From the NCBI GenBank assembly GCA_003693705.1, contig RBZT01000959.1:1-64000 (forward strand): a DNA stretch of 64,000 nt, given 5' to 3'. Shown piece by piece: positions 24,594 to 38,455 of the stretch (position 1 is the first letter of the stretch; the number at the start of each line of letters is the position of its first letter). The translations under genes were made by a program, and so were the position numbers. Under the pieces are notes generated by a model, which was not told the DNA's origin, ran no database searches, and saw nothing but the letters and a program-made list of their open reading frames with translations. Origin of the DNA: Polymyxa betae A26-41 (lineage: Eukaryota > Protista > Endomyxa: Phytomyxea).

Positions 24594-26660
24594 ATTTTCC
24601 TCAACTGTCATTTCCGTTTGGAGCGCATAGTTTAGTAGAGCATCTTTTCAGGCACTTCCTGATTACGATCATGGAACTTCCCCGCTATCCACAAAGCACT
24701 GATGACTTGCTTTGCTGAGTATATAGCTCGTGTCAACATGAACATTGAGCCATCTACCGGTAGCTTCCATGGTAGTACTGCACCGCTTGCGTTGGCTTTG
24801 GCCTTGTAACGTAATCAGGGCAAAACCAGATCAGCACCACTCCTCACTGTTTACCTCTTATATGAGGCTTTTGAACCATTCTCCTACCGGTAGTTGTTTT
24901 GTCTTTTTTTGAAAATTGGGATTCAGTAACCATTCGGTCGAAAGCAACGAACGGCCAGAAGCAAGCATGTGATAGCCTCTGTGCGATAAACTTTTGAACA
25001 GCGCCTTGCTTAGACCCTACTTAAGTTTGAACGAGAACTTCCTCTCGTTTTCCTGATCGCATCTACAATAATGATCACAAATGATTGGTGTCAATTTTAC
25101 TGGGAACGTTTTCGTGTTTATTTGGTCATGTATGGATTGGAAGACGTAGGTTTTAGCCAGTGTAAGTCAGACATTAAAATGGAATCTACTCTGCCAAATA
25201 CTGGATGTTCCATCTTCGGGTCGGCTCACTCCCCACTGATGATAGATTATGCAATTACTTCAATCATGAATAGGATGAGGTTTTGTACGGAAGCTTTGCA
25301 CGGGAATCCAGGTAGTCCAATACTTTCTGGCACAGCTCAGCGCTCTCCTCTGGCATTTGCGGAACTGAGCGTTTGGTCCCTGATCAGTTGACTGTTGGGA
25401 AGCTCGTGTTCATCATTACGATCTGCTGGAATCTGGTTGGATTCCCATCCGAAACTCATTGACTTCAGATCACGTCATTGTTCATGGCCCATTCCTATTA
25501 GCATGATCATTGTCTTACCCTTGATGAAAGCGGATCACTTAAGCGGTTATTCACAGATATGTCCAGTAGATATTCCAAACCAATATGCCATGCTGAATTG
25601 ATGTTTTTATTAAGCCAATTGCTTGGCAGTTATTGTGCCATCAGATTGATTTGCCCTTCTTGTCGTCGTGAAGGTGCCGTATTGGCGTTGACTGCTTTGA
25701 GGGAAAATGTCGCGCCAAGAGCTGGATCTGGAGGACGCTGAAGGATTTGAGCAATGGTGCTATCATGTTTATGGCACACAATATGGGAGGGCCGCAATGC
25801 TTTTTAGTTTGTAAAAAAAGTGCTTCGCATGTACGACCTAGCCAATAGTTTGCATCATAAAGCTGAGTTAGAAATACCGAGGCTGAATCTTTGCTTGTCC
25901 AACTCCAACAGCAAACCTCATCATCAACGCTACTATAGTTCGTGATTCGAACAGTACCAACTCTGGCGTCTCTCTTGCCGCCGTGATGTTCTCACAGCAA
26001 TTCTAGCAGCCAGGTAGCAAACTGTGATTCGACGCCGTTTTATAAAAGTGCACCAATCGCTGTCCAAATTCGGTCACTTCACTGAACACCCCCAATAGAA
26101 ATCAAAAACATATTCAAAAACCTGTCTTCACAGTTGCAGAACAACGTTCCGTTCGCGCAGGGCAGCTTTATGGGGCTCGACCCATTACCATGCCTGGACA
26201 GGTAGAATACAGCAGAAATAGTCTAGCTCTCGAACTGCTGACGAATAATGTCGAAGCAATGGGATTGGCAATTAGATTTAATTTCTTGTGACGATTGGTG
26301 ATATGTTGATGGAATAGGGCGGGGCCTTCCATGAATAAATGATATTAGTGGGAGGAAGGAGACCTGGACAGTACGCAATGCAAGTGGACCACACCTAGTA
26401 TCGCGTCCTTCGCATAACCAACAGCACTGCGTCCAGATCTATTTTTAACATCTCCATTGTTTTATGTTTCGTAATCTGTTAAGTGAGTGAGAGGAGTATG
26501 CTGCAGCCCCGTTGTCTCAGGTCTTTTACCTTAACCATTACAGATCCACCAGTGTATTCTCTATCTGAAGGCTCGGGATCAGAATCGATCTTTTGTCCAA
26601 GTCTCTTAGTACTATCCCGAGCAGACCAGGGTGCTCGTTGTTCCCTCCAATCTTGACACC

Positions 26661-28249
26661 ATGTTGCATTTAAGCCGTGCGCATCAGCGCTTTCTCTCAA
26701 TTCCTATCAAAATTACAAGAACAAAAGGCCCAAAACCAAGGATTCCAAAAGAGCAACTTCTTTTTGGAAAAACCTTTACTGATCACATGTTGGTTATGGA
26801 TTGGGTTAAAGGTATGATATCTAAACCCTTGGTTTTCTATTCATAATCAGCCCTTCATACACCTGTATCTAGAATCGAGATGGACCACTCCAGAAATCAT
26901 TCCATACTCGTCATTTTGCATCGATCCAGCTTCAACAGTTTTTCATTATGCGCTCAGTATGAAAAAACTAGTGTTATCAAAGCACTAATATAACCATGAT
27001 AATCACAGGCTGCTTTGAGGGAATGAAGGCATATTTGGACGATTACAACCAGATTCGGTTGTTCAGGCCTGAGATGAACATGAGGCGATTGAAACACTCA
27101 GCCGACAGGCTTGTGATGGAGGTACTACTGAAAGCATTTGAAAGTATCAGTCTAATGATGATACATGTAGTGTCCTGACGAAGACCTCATGCTCGATTGC
27201 ATCAAACAATTGATCAAAGTTGATCGAGATTGGATTCCAGAAGGATTCGGATATTCATTATACATTCGTCCAACTTTAATCAGTACTTACGTCAGTTAAG
27301 CGCTTTTTATATTTGCTGTTATTTAGCTATCTTTCAGCCGTTTCTTGGAGTGGCACCATCAGAGCAAACCAAGTTCTTTACAATAATGTGCCCTGTTGGC
27401 CCATACTATGCAACAGGATTCAAGGCTGTTTCGTTATTGGCTGATGATAAGTATGTGAGAGCATGGCGCGGTGGAGCTGGTGGTTACAAAATTGGAGCGT
27501 AATTGTCGCCTTTGCATGCTTTCATCCTATGGTTTAATATTGAACAGGAATTATGCTCCCACAATTAAAGCTCAGAGAGAAGCTGCAGCCAAAGGATTCG
27601 CTCAAGTCTTGTGGCTATTTGGAGATGATCTTCAGGTTACTGAAGTTGGGACTATGAATCAGGTTTACTAAGCTCTCTTTTTTCGATTCTGTGCTAATAG
27701 TAATTGCAGTTCTTTTTCTGGAAAACTCCTTCTGGTGAGAAAGAATTGATTACTGCTCCGTTAGAAGATGGGACCATTCTTCCTGGTGTCACTCGTGACT
27801 CGATCCTTGCTTTATGCAGAGAATGGGATGAGTTTAAAGTGACTGAAAGGCGATTCAGTATTCACGAAGTGATTGACGCCATTAAGTCTGGAAGAGTAAT
27901 CATGTCTTGCTCTTATCGTTCGGAAAAATTAATTCTATCTAGATGCTGGAGGCGTTTGGTTCCGGAACAGCTGCGATTGTGAGCCCCGTAAAGAATATCC
28001 ATTTCAAAGGATCTGTATGCTGTTGAGTTAGTATTTGGCGTTCGACTGAACGTTCCTCACAGGACTACCCGATTCCTTTGGATCGTACAGATCCTATTCA
28101 ACAAGCAGGTCTTCTCGCTCAAAGGATTTCTAAGACCATTCTTGAGATTCAGGTCAGATTCTTATCGCTACGATATCATTTATCTGACTGGGATTGCGTA
28201 TCTTCAGTATGGAAAGGTTGAACATCCTTGGTCTGTAATTGTGAAATAA
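26661..28249 (+). CDS. BCAT: Branched-chain amino acid aminotransferase, probably mitochondrial (multi-exon)
   Basis: [45 protein letters not shown] and ILPGVTRDS, with an Arg/Ser-rich presequence. Confidence 0.95.
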
Positions 28250-28637
28250 GCAATATCGAATTGGGCTATCCATTACACTCCCTATCAATTTGCATAACTT
28301 GAAATGATTTGTTGCTCTTGGAAGGTTCAATCAATCATTGAAGTTGCTAAAACATCCGCACCTTAGACAGGAATACAACAGTGATTACTATCTCAATTGA
28401 GCAGAAATGTTTTACGTGATGAAACAGAGAGAAATGATAAATAGCTGATGCTTGTAGGTTAAGTGGATTACAGTGTTGCTTAGTAAACTCAGTACTATGT
28501 ATGTAATGTTACTGTTATGAAGATGCGATTATAATGGGACTTTATATAATATCATTCATGTGGATATCGGAGGACCAACTCCATTATCCTAATTTCCAAC
28601 CCGATACTCTATTTGGTTTAAGGTGCTGTCTGGCATT

Positions 28638-30103
28638 ATGCATCTTAGATCCACTATTGTCAGCTTGGGTTCGGCGTCACTCTTGCTCTTGCGTCCTTCG
28701 TTGGCTTTTGCAGAGAATGCTGCTGGCGATCAATCCCAGAGATCCAAACCTTGCCCTAATTGCTCGAACAAGCAATTCCATCGCAGCTCCTATATAGACG
28801 CTTACGAAATAGCTGCACCTGCTGTAGTCAATGTACAATGCTCTTCCTCTAGCCATTTCCCTTTTGTTCGTGGGTATGATGTTTGCGTGATTATTGCTGT
28901 TTCAAATGATGAATAACTGATAGAATTTCGAACGGAAGCGGTTTCATAATTACCGATTCTGGACGTGTTGTCACCAATTGCCATGTCGTTCAGCACTGTC
29001 AAACTGCACCAATTATCACATTAGGTGATAATCAGCAATTTAGGGCCAGTGTTGTTGGAGTCGACAAAGCCACCGATTTGGCTTTGCTTCAGATTATGGT
29101 TCCTGAAGGGATGAAGGTTATATATTCGTGCTGTTGAATTTCTGTTTTTATCAGATAAATGATTTACTAGACACCCTTTCCAGTAGCTAAACTTGGCGAT
29201 TCAGACAAGATCAAGCCTGGGACCTTGGTGATGGCATTGGTAACTCGCCCCTTTCCACGTAATTATAAAATTTTGATCAATCGGAAAGGGATCCCCGCTG
29301 TTATTACAGAAAACAGCAACTCATGGAATGATAAGTGCTGTAGAACGACATAGTGGTGAACTTGGTCTTTCAGCATCTCATCGCACTGATTATATTCAAA
29401 CCGGTAGGTTTTAGTTGAGTATCTGGACTAAACTATTCCAATGAACGACAATATAGATGTTCCCATTAATCAGGGAAACTCTGGCGGTCCTCTAATTGAT
29501 CTGGACGGTATGGTGATCGGAGTCACTACAATGAAAGTTGAGAATGCCCCTGGAATATCCTTTGCTGTGCCCATAAAAACCGGTAAGCGTTCTCCAAATG
29601 CATTGTTCATGAAATACGTTTCGAATTGATTACTTGCATACGACAGTAAAAGCTGTTGTTGATCAACTTAATCAGTATGGTCATGTGACAAGACCTTATA
29701 TTGGTATTTTCATGCTCACTTTAACACCGAGCATTATCTCAAAAGAGCGCTATGCTGACCCTAACTTTCCTGAAGTTAAATCTGGCGTTCTAGTTACATC
29801 TGTATCTCCAGTATCACCGGCTGCAAGTAAGTAGAGTATAATCTCATTGTTTCAAAACTCTAATTGGGAACCAGAAGCTGGACTTCGACCCGGTGACATT
29901 ATTATTTCGGTTGATGCTGACATACCTGTTAAAACGGCCCAGGCATTGACTGACTATCTTGGATTCGGCTATAAAAAGTCTATAGTTCTTCACATTCTAC
30001 GTGGCCGAGATCAGCGTCTTGATGGTAACTTTTTGTACAAGTTGCGTCATGTGCTAACCAAAATCCAGTTCGAATAGATCCAATCATTCGGAACGATCTG
30101 TGA
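28638..30103 (+). CDS. HtrA2/Deg-type serine protease with PDZ domain (multi-exon)
   Basis: [36 protein letters not shown] and PDZ segment [12 protein letters not shown]. Confidence 0.92.
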
Positions 30104-30274
30104 ATCAAAGGATCTGAAAACTGTCCAGCTGACCTCTATGCAATTGAAAATATATATTTATTTTGAACAATATTTCATTGTGAAGATGATGCTCTGAACG
30201 ATATTTCGCGGTCGAGCAAAGTCGATTTTCGGTAATCTGAACAGTTACTTCTGGAGGCATTAATGGATATATGA

Positions 30275-30928
30275 TCACCATATTATTGGAACCATTGGGA
30301 AGAAAGTTGGCCTCCTGTTTACATAGTATTCAGGTGCACTTGGTAGACAGGATTCTCTGACAATGACAGGATTTGGCTTGAAATGTGATGGCCAGTAGTA
30401 CTGCTCGTAATACGATGGCTGCTGGCTGGATTGCCTGCAACAAGTATCGCAATATGAGGCTGGAGGATTTCGCTGCTTTTGAAATCTTTGGTTATTATGC
30501 CTGGTAGAATACGATGATCGATTCTGACATCTTTGATTGGAGTGATGGATGAAAGTTGGCTGATGCGAGTCAATTGACCGAGATGAGTGTTGATTGCTCT
30601 GTTTGATATGAACAGGAATACTCTCTGGTTTAGAGGAAACATTGGCCTTGAAGAAAGCCTTCACATCCTTGATAACGACAGGTTCAGGCTTAGACGGCGG
30701 TGTTGAGAGGACTGATTGCTGTGCCAACGAGCTGGCATTGTAACGTGGATCAACATCAATCTGTTCGATCTGATTCTCGTCTGTATCATCTGGAAGCACA
30801 ATCCGTGATTGTTGAGGAGGTACACCTGAGAAATTAGGCTGAGAAGCCTCGTCAATATGAATCTGACGCATGAGTTCTCCAGGGAGCAATTCAATGGCAG
30901 ATGCCTTGCTGTGTGTGCTCATCATCAT
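30275..30928 (-). CDS. Intronless low-complexity hypothetical protein, divergent from HSP70
   Basis: 217-aa ORF, Q/S/P-rich, with a Tyr/Pro/Cys-rich C-terminus. Confidence 0.65.
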   Translation of the reverse strand: MMMSTHSKASAIELLPGELMRQIHIDEASQPNFSGVPPQQSRIVLPDDTDENQIEQIDVDPRYNASSLAQQSVLSTPPSKPEPVVIKDVKAFFKANVSSKPESIPVHIKQSNQHSSRSIDSHQPTFIHHSNQRCQNRSSYSTRHNNQRFQKQRNPPASYCDTCCRQSSQQPSYYEQYYWPSHFKPNPVIVRESCLPSAPEYYVNRRPTFFPMVPIIW

Positions 30929-31010
30929 CTTGTTAGAGATTCAAATTCGAAAAGCGATAATTTGAGAATGACAAGGGATGGTGATAGGATCGCCTTGATA
31001 TAAGTCGCAT

Positions 31011-31156
31011 GGAACGTTCTTGAGAATATTCTCAAGAATATTCAATATTCCGTAAAACTTCGAATGTAATTGGTGTACGAGGTTGTATGAGTATCTATCA
31101 TTATGTGGAATGTTCTGTATCTATCACTATGTTGGGAATGTTCTTAGGAATGTTCT
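31011..31156. promoter_or_regulatory. Heat-shock element array
   Basis: Repeated GAAnnTTC units (GAACGTTC, GAATATTC x2, GAATGTTC x3) and a perfect 22-bp palindrome at 31017-31038, directly upstream of HSP70. Confidence 0.85.
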
Positions 31157-31231
31157 TTATCACTATACCACTGTTCTAACACATGACTTCATTTCCCATT
31201 CTCTATTCAACTATCGCTTACAATCATCAAC

Positions 31232-33314
31232 ATGTCTAAGAACCAAAAATCTGCTGTTCATGCAATCGGCATCGACCTGGGCACCACATATTCCTGGTAA
31301 TCAGAAGCTATAGGCTGTTGTATATAGGTTCTTAGATCTTAAACAGTGTCGGTGTATGGAAGAATGGAACTGCTGAAATCATCGCCAATGACCAAGGCAA
31401 TCGAACTACACCTTCATGGGTGGCATTCACTGATCAGGATCGACTAATTGGCGATGCTGCTAAGAACCAAGCTGCACGTAATCCAGCCTTTTCAATCTTT
31501 GACGCCAAGCGTCTAATTGGTCGTAAATTTCATGATGAAACTGTTCAGCATGATATGAAATTATGGCCTTTCAAAGTTGTTGAGGCGGAAGGTGGTCGGC
31601 CTGCCATTGAAGTTGAATATCAAGGGCAACGCAAACGCTTCAAACCTGAAGAGATATCGGCTATGGTTCTGACCAAGATGAAGGAGACAGCTGAAGCCTA
31701 TCTTGGTCAATCTGTTACTGATGCTGTTATTACATGTCCTGCTTATTTCAATGATGCTCAACGTCAAGCAACAAAGGATGCTGGACGTATTGCTGGCCTT
31801 AATGTTCTACGTATTATCAATGAGCCAACAGCTGCTGCCATTGCTTATGGGCTTGATAAAGGCAAGACTACTGGTGAACATAACGTTCTGATCTTCGACC
31901 TGGGCGGTGGTACATTTGGTGAGATCTGTTAGCGGATGATGTGTTCATGGTTGATTTATCTGATGAATAGATGTATCGCTGCTTACAATCGATGGTGGCT
32001 TCTTCGAAGTTAAAGCTACAGCTGGTGATACACATTTGGGCGGCGAAGATTTTGATGATCGACTTGTTCGCCATTTCGTCGAGGAGTTCAAACGAAAGCA
32101 TCGCGCTGATATTTCCGGATCTCAACGTGCTCTTCGACGACTTCGTACTGCCTGCGAGAGGGCTAAACGAGCTTTATCATCATCAACACAGGCGACCGTT
32201 GAGGTCGACTCACTGCACGATGGAATCGATTTTAACTCATCTATTACTCGTGCTCGATTTGAAGCTCTCTGTCAAGACCTATTCGATAGATGCATGAAAC
32301 CTGTAGAACAAGTCCTTAAAGACACCGGTCTCAGTAAATCTCAGATTCATGAGGTCGTTCTGGTCGGCGGCTCGACGAGTAAGAATCTGATATGCTTTTA
32401 TCCTTCGAAATCTGATAGTTTTTGAAGGGATCCCAAAAGTTCAGTCGATGCTGTCACAGCTGTTTGGTGGTAAACAGCTCTGTCAATCTATCAATCCAGA
32501 CGAAGCTGTAGCTTTTGGTGCAGCTGTACAAGCAGCTGTATTAACAGGTACTGCTACCGATGCAGCCAGCGAGATTCTATTGCTGGATGTTGCACCTCTA
32601 TCTTTAGGTTTAGAGACTGCTGGTGGTGTCATGACTGTTCTCATTCCTCGCAATACCACTGTCCCGACCAAACGTAATCAGATCTTCTCTACATATGCTG
32701 ATAATCAGACCGGAGTTGATATTCAAGTCTTTGAAGGAGAAAGAACTCGGACCAAGGACAACAATCTACTGGGTCGCTTCCAGCTAGCTGGCATTGCTCC
32801 TAAACCAAGAGGTGTTCCCCAGATCGAAGTCACATTCGATCTAGATGCGAATGGCATCTTGAACGTCTCTGCTGTTGATACATCGTCTGGCAAGACTGAA
32901 AAGATTACCATTACAAACGATAAGTCTCGATTATCTGCTGATGATATTGAAAGAATGGTTCGAGAAGCGGAACAATACAAGGCTGAAGATCAAGCTGTTC
33001 GTGAACGAATTGAGGCTAAGAATCAGGTGGAGAATTACGTGTTTGGCATTCGCAATGCAATGAACGAGCAGCGTGATAAACTTGATAAAGGATCGATTGA
33101 CAAGCTCGAGCAATTAATTCAAGATGCAACTGCATGGATTGACCAACATGGAGATTCTGCAAGTGTTGAAGAGTTGAAAGCGAAGCAATCTGAATTGGAG
33201 AAGTCCATGGGATCATTGATGTCTTCGGCTTCTTCAGGAACATCGTATGATCGTGATGAGGGCATGTCTTATACATCAAATCGATCTGGACCCAAAGTTG
33301 AAGAAGTCGACTGA
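31232..33314 (+). CDS. HSP70: Cytosolic heat shock protein 70 (3 introns)
   Basis: [33 protein letters not shown] and C-terminal GPKVEEVD. Confidence 0.98.
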
Positions 33315-33825
33315 GTTTGGTCAGAATTGTTCCAATAAATTTAATTATAGAACTCGTAAAATAATAATACTCACTGAAATTATTTCATAGACCAGTGCAA
33401 TTAGAAAAAACTCAGGTCTGATGCTGCTTTCTATTTCTGCTATCAACATAAAACTTAAACGAATATTGCAAGAACCAAATCCTGAAAACTCGAGAAATGG
33501 AAGTATCAAAAAGGACTTTGCGACGTCCAGACTGAGCACATTAGGCTATTTGATTGGGAAGCAACAACTGCCTCCTGATTCCATCATCAGACTAATTTGA
33601 AGTAGTACCTCCCTAATCGTATTTAGACCAGAAATTGAGTTGGGAAAGGGTGCCATGTTGAGCAATGTAATCGATGGGGATATTCATCAATCGAGGGCTT
33701 TCCCTGAGATAATTGCACCTATCTATCTTGGAACCAGATGAGATGCGATGTGATCTGGGACCGTCTGTCGAGTTTTCTAATGAATCGCAGGTAAGCCAAT
33801 TCGTTGGAAACAAGGAGGAATCTAG

Positions 33826-34662
33826 ATGATACTGGACCTGAATCAAAGCTCAATGCATTATTTATCGAATTTTGACCAGGAACAATCCAGTTCCGATGAC
33901 GAAGATGATAGTGAAGATTTTGATACTGATAATGAGTCTGCTGATTCAGATAATGATAGTAGTGACAATTCTCAGAATAGTAATGACAGTGATTCGGACG
34001 ATGATGACGATAATAGTGACGATGATAGTAGTAATGATGACGATGATGAGAACGAAGATGACAGTGATGACGAGAATGATAAGACCAGTCAAGAGGAGAT
34101 TGAGAATAAATTAGAGAGCAATGATGATGATATGAGCGCTTGGTTAAGAATATCTACAATATCGGCAGACATTGATGCTATCACTGAACATCTCTGTCAA
34201 ATATTTCATGTTGATAGACAGAGAGTTGATCATCTGGATCTCAGAAGGAGATCAATACCAAATACATCAAATTCTACATCGATTCCAGTATCAGCTCCAC
34301 CAATACCAACTTCGATCCACAATCAGTCCTCTTACTCAAAAACAACAAATCAATTCTCGACAGAATTTATCGAAAAACAGAAACACAAGCTCCAGCAGAA
34401 AGCAGGATGGGAGAATCAAAAAGCTGAAGATTTATATCGATTGCCCGTATTAAGATGTTCTGATAAGAGAAGAGATATATGCAATAGAAGACATGATAAT
34501 GATAATGACACTGTTAAGAAGTCGCAGACATGGATTGTACCTGTTAATCCAGTACTTACAACACATCTATCTATTACTGATACTAAGGATACATTCATTT
34601 CTGATGATGAAGATCAAACATGTCATATCAGAGATCGCAGAACACCATCATTTGTGCAATAA
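33826..34662 (+). CDS. Asp/Ser-rich acidic hypothetical protein (probably the last exon of a longer gene)
   Basis: 278-codon ORF with a ~70-aa D/S/N/E tract. A GTAAGC donor at ~33791 suggests upstream exons. Confidence 0.6.
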   Translation: MILDLNQSSMHYLSNFDQEQSSSDDEDDSEDFDTDNESADSDNDSSDNSQNSNDSDSDDDDDNSDDDSSNDDDDENEDDSDDENDKTSQEEIENKLESNDDDMSAWLRISTISADIDAITEHLCQIFHVDRQRVDHLDLRRRSIPNTSNSTSIPVSAPPIPTSIHNQSSYSKTTNQFSTEFIEKQKHKLQQKAGWENQKAEDLYRLPVLRCSDKRRDICNRRHDNDNDTVKKSQTWIVPVNPVLTTHLSITDTKDTFISDDEDQTCHIRDRRTPSFVQ

Positions 34663-34992
34663 TTCAGGAGATGATGGACAACTGACAACAATAAACTAAG
34701 CAATAATATTGAAAAAGAGTGAAAATGTTGAAATCAAAGATCCAATGAAGGAGCCGAATGTTGTCAATCGTATTTTGAAAGATATTATCCCGACGTCAAC
34801 AAACCGTGTTTTGTTGAAATTTGATTCGAGATTTCACTTCAGGTGAGAATGGGATCGTCGGAGGAACGGACAGCCGAATTGAAGTTTATATAAAGGTTGG
34901 GATGAGATGATTACAGGCAAACATTACCAATTCTGTTAAAATGCTGAGAGCTGATTTAGTTCATATTACAAAATGATGTAATAATGATCAAT

Positions 34993-35651
34993 CTATTTCC
35001 TGGTAAATTTCGATCTCCATTCGTTAAGGCCTCGAGACCAATCAGATCTACTAAATCCTTCAGGAGTATAAACACAATGAACACCAAGACGTGAAACGGT
35101 TGCAATATTGCCAGGCTCGTTATCGAAGAAAATCATACTTTCATAAGATAAACCTGTCTGTTTTTGTAATGCCTGAAAATGTCTGTCCTATAAAGCAATA
35201 AATACGAAGTGAGAAAGCAACAGATTCTTATTACACCTTGGATTGCTTGGAGATCTGTTCATGCTTGAAAATATTCTTCAAGGGGATATCATTGTCAATG
35301 TGAATATTTTTAAGACAGATCTGAGCCCATTCTGGTTCATCAGTCTTGGAAGAGATAGCAAATATGATATCAGATGTGGATAAATCTGAATGAAGTTCTC
35401 GTAGAACATTGCGAGTATCATTCATGAGATATATAAGGGTTCCTTGTCGATCTACAACATCTCCAGTTGCATCATGTTTCTTGAATGGAGGACCTCCATC
35501 TCCCCATCTAATTTCATCATTAGCCAGCTGTCACCGAAATATCAGACAGATTATGCTAGCATTACAGCATATACATCTCTGGATACCATAAGGTTCCATC
35601 CAAATCAAATACGACCAACTGAGGAAAGATCTGCTTAGCAGGAGGACTCAT
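34993..35651 (-). CDS. MDP1: Magnesium-dependent phosphatase 1 (HAD IIIC)
   Basis: LVVFDLDGTLWYPEMY, SSKTDEPEWA, MIFFDNE and TPEG motifs, with 2 introns. Confidence 0.9.
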
Positions 35652-36934
35652 ACTAATGACACCAATTACAGTGATATAAAGATGATGTCTGAGTTTCCAC
35701 TTTGCAGCCCTCGTTCAGGTAAATTCTCCTGAAAAAAATAGATAGCGCAATAAAATTTCAATTTGAAAAGACATACAGTATGTACGTACTGTACGGTAGA
35801 TATTATACGTACATAGTGCGTAGCGGGTGTCCTTCGGAATCTGTTATGTCCGTATAGCGATAGAATTTCCTTGCGAATTTCCTGATCCTGCAAAATCGCT
35901 GCCCAAGGCTTCGAGAACTACACTGTAGCACGGCATGGTCATTGAAGTTAGATGGATATTTGCACGATGTCACGTTTTTTGGCAGCTTCCCAGAACATTT
36001 CGATGTAACTGAAACGTCCAAGATCACTTGAGGTCGTGGTGGATAGTACGGTATTCAGAGAATGCAAATTGAAAAACTCGACACAGATAATCGAAATTTT
36101 TCTGAATGAAAGTAGACCGTCGTTATCTTGATGTCCCCTTGTTGATACATAAAAACATAGTCCCCCATCGACTCATGTTCATAATTGAACTCGCATAGCC
36201 TTCAGTGTATTTTTACTGTGGGATAAAAAGTGCCTTGGAAATCCCTTCGCAGTTTATATTTGTTCTTGTAAATACAAGTGTAAATTGCCATGTCTTCTTA
36301 ATACTTCCAAGAAAAACTACCAGGAAAAATCAAATTCTTTAAATCGAGACGCGAAAAGTTTGTCTCCAAATGGTCTGCATTTTGGCGTCTTGCTTGGGAT
36401 CCCAAAGCTCCGTCACTGCCCCCTATAATCTTTTGAGATATTAGCCCTATCAGCAATTACAGAGTTAAGGTGTCCGCTACGTTACGTACTATATTCTATA
36501 GTACCAGAAAATCAATGTGCGCGTTTGTAACTGAAATTTAATCGGATTCCAATCAATACCTAACTGACAGCAAGCATCTTGATTGGGAATGAGAACGGAC
36601 ATAAGAGATGAAGTTATGACTCGTATCATTCGTATGGGATTAAAGAGGCTGGTTGAAACAGAGTTGCCTCCAATGAAGTTGCGCATGAAGTGGTGTGACC
36701 CCGGGACCCCGAATAATTTTTCTTATCAACTTGATAATATAAACTGAGAAGTCGGTCCCTCCCTCTCTAACTCCTTACCTAACCTACCTGTCTCTGTCTG
36801 TCTCTCTATCGCTTTATGACCATATTACGATAACATCGCAAACATCACTTCATCTGTTTCACACTCGCTGTCAAGGTATTCTCAGGCTAGCATTATTTGG
36901 GCACTGCTCATATTCTATCAAGGTATAAATTCTC

Positions 36935-38215
<1,281 letters not shown>

Positions 38216-38455
38216 ATCTTGTTTTCGAAGTATTTAAAATGTGGCAAAAATAAACCAACACATTCTAATATGCTACCTACATACCGTATTTCAGTACGTT
38301 GAGTTGATAATACAGTACAAACATTGAGATTCGAGAAACTGCGTCCTATGTTGTGCCAAGTTGTAACAACAAGTTATTGATTCTTACTGTATTCAACACC
38401 GGCTGTCATAAAACTGTCCTTTTACTACCGATCTAGTACTTTCAAGTTCGTCAGT

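Noticed and set aside
35666-36300. Possible gene between MDP1 and CDK1
   Set aside because: Only short unrelated ORFs; no consistent spliced model could be built.
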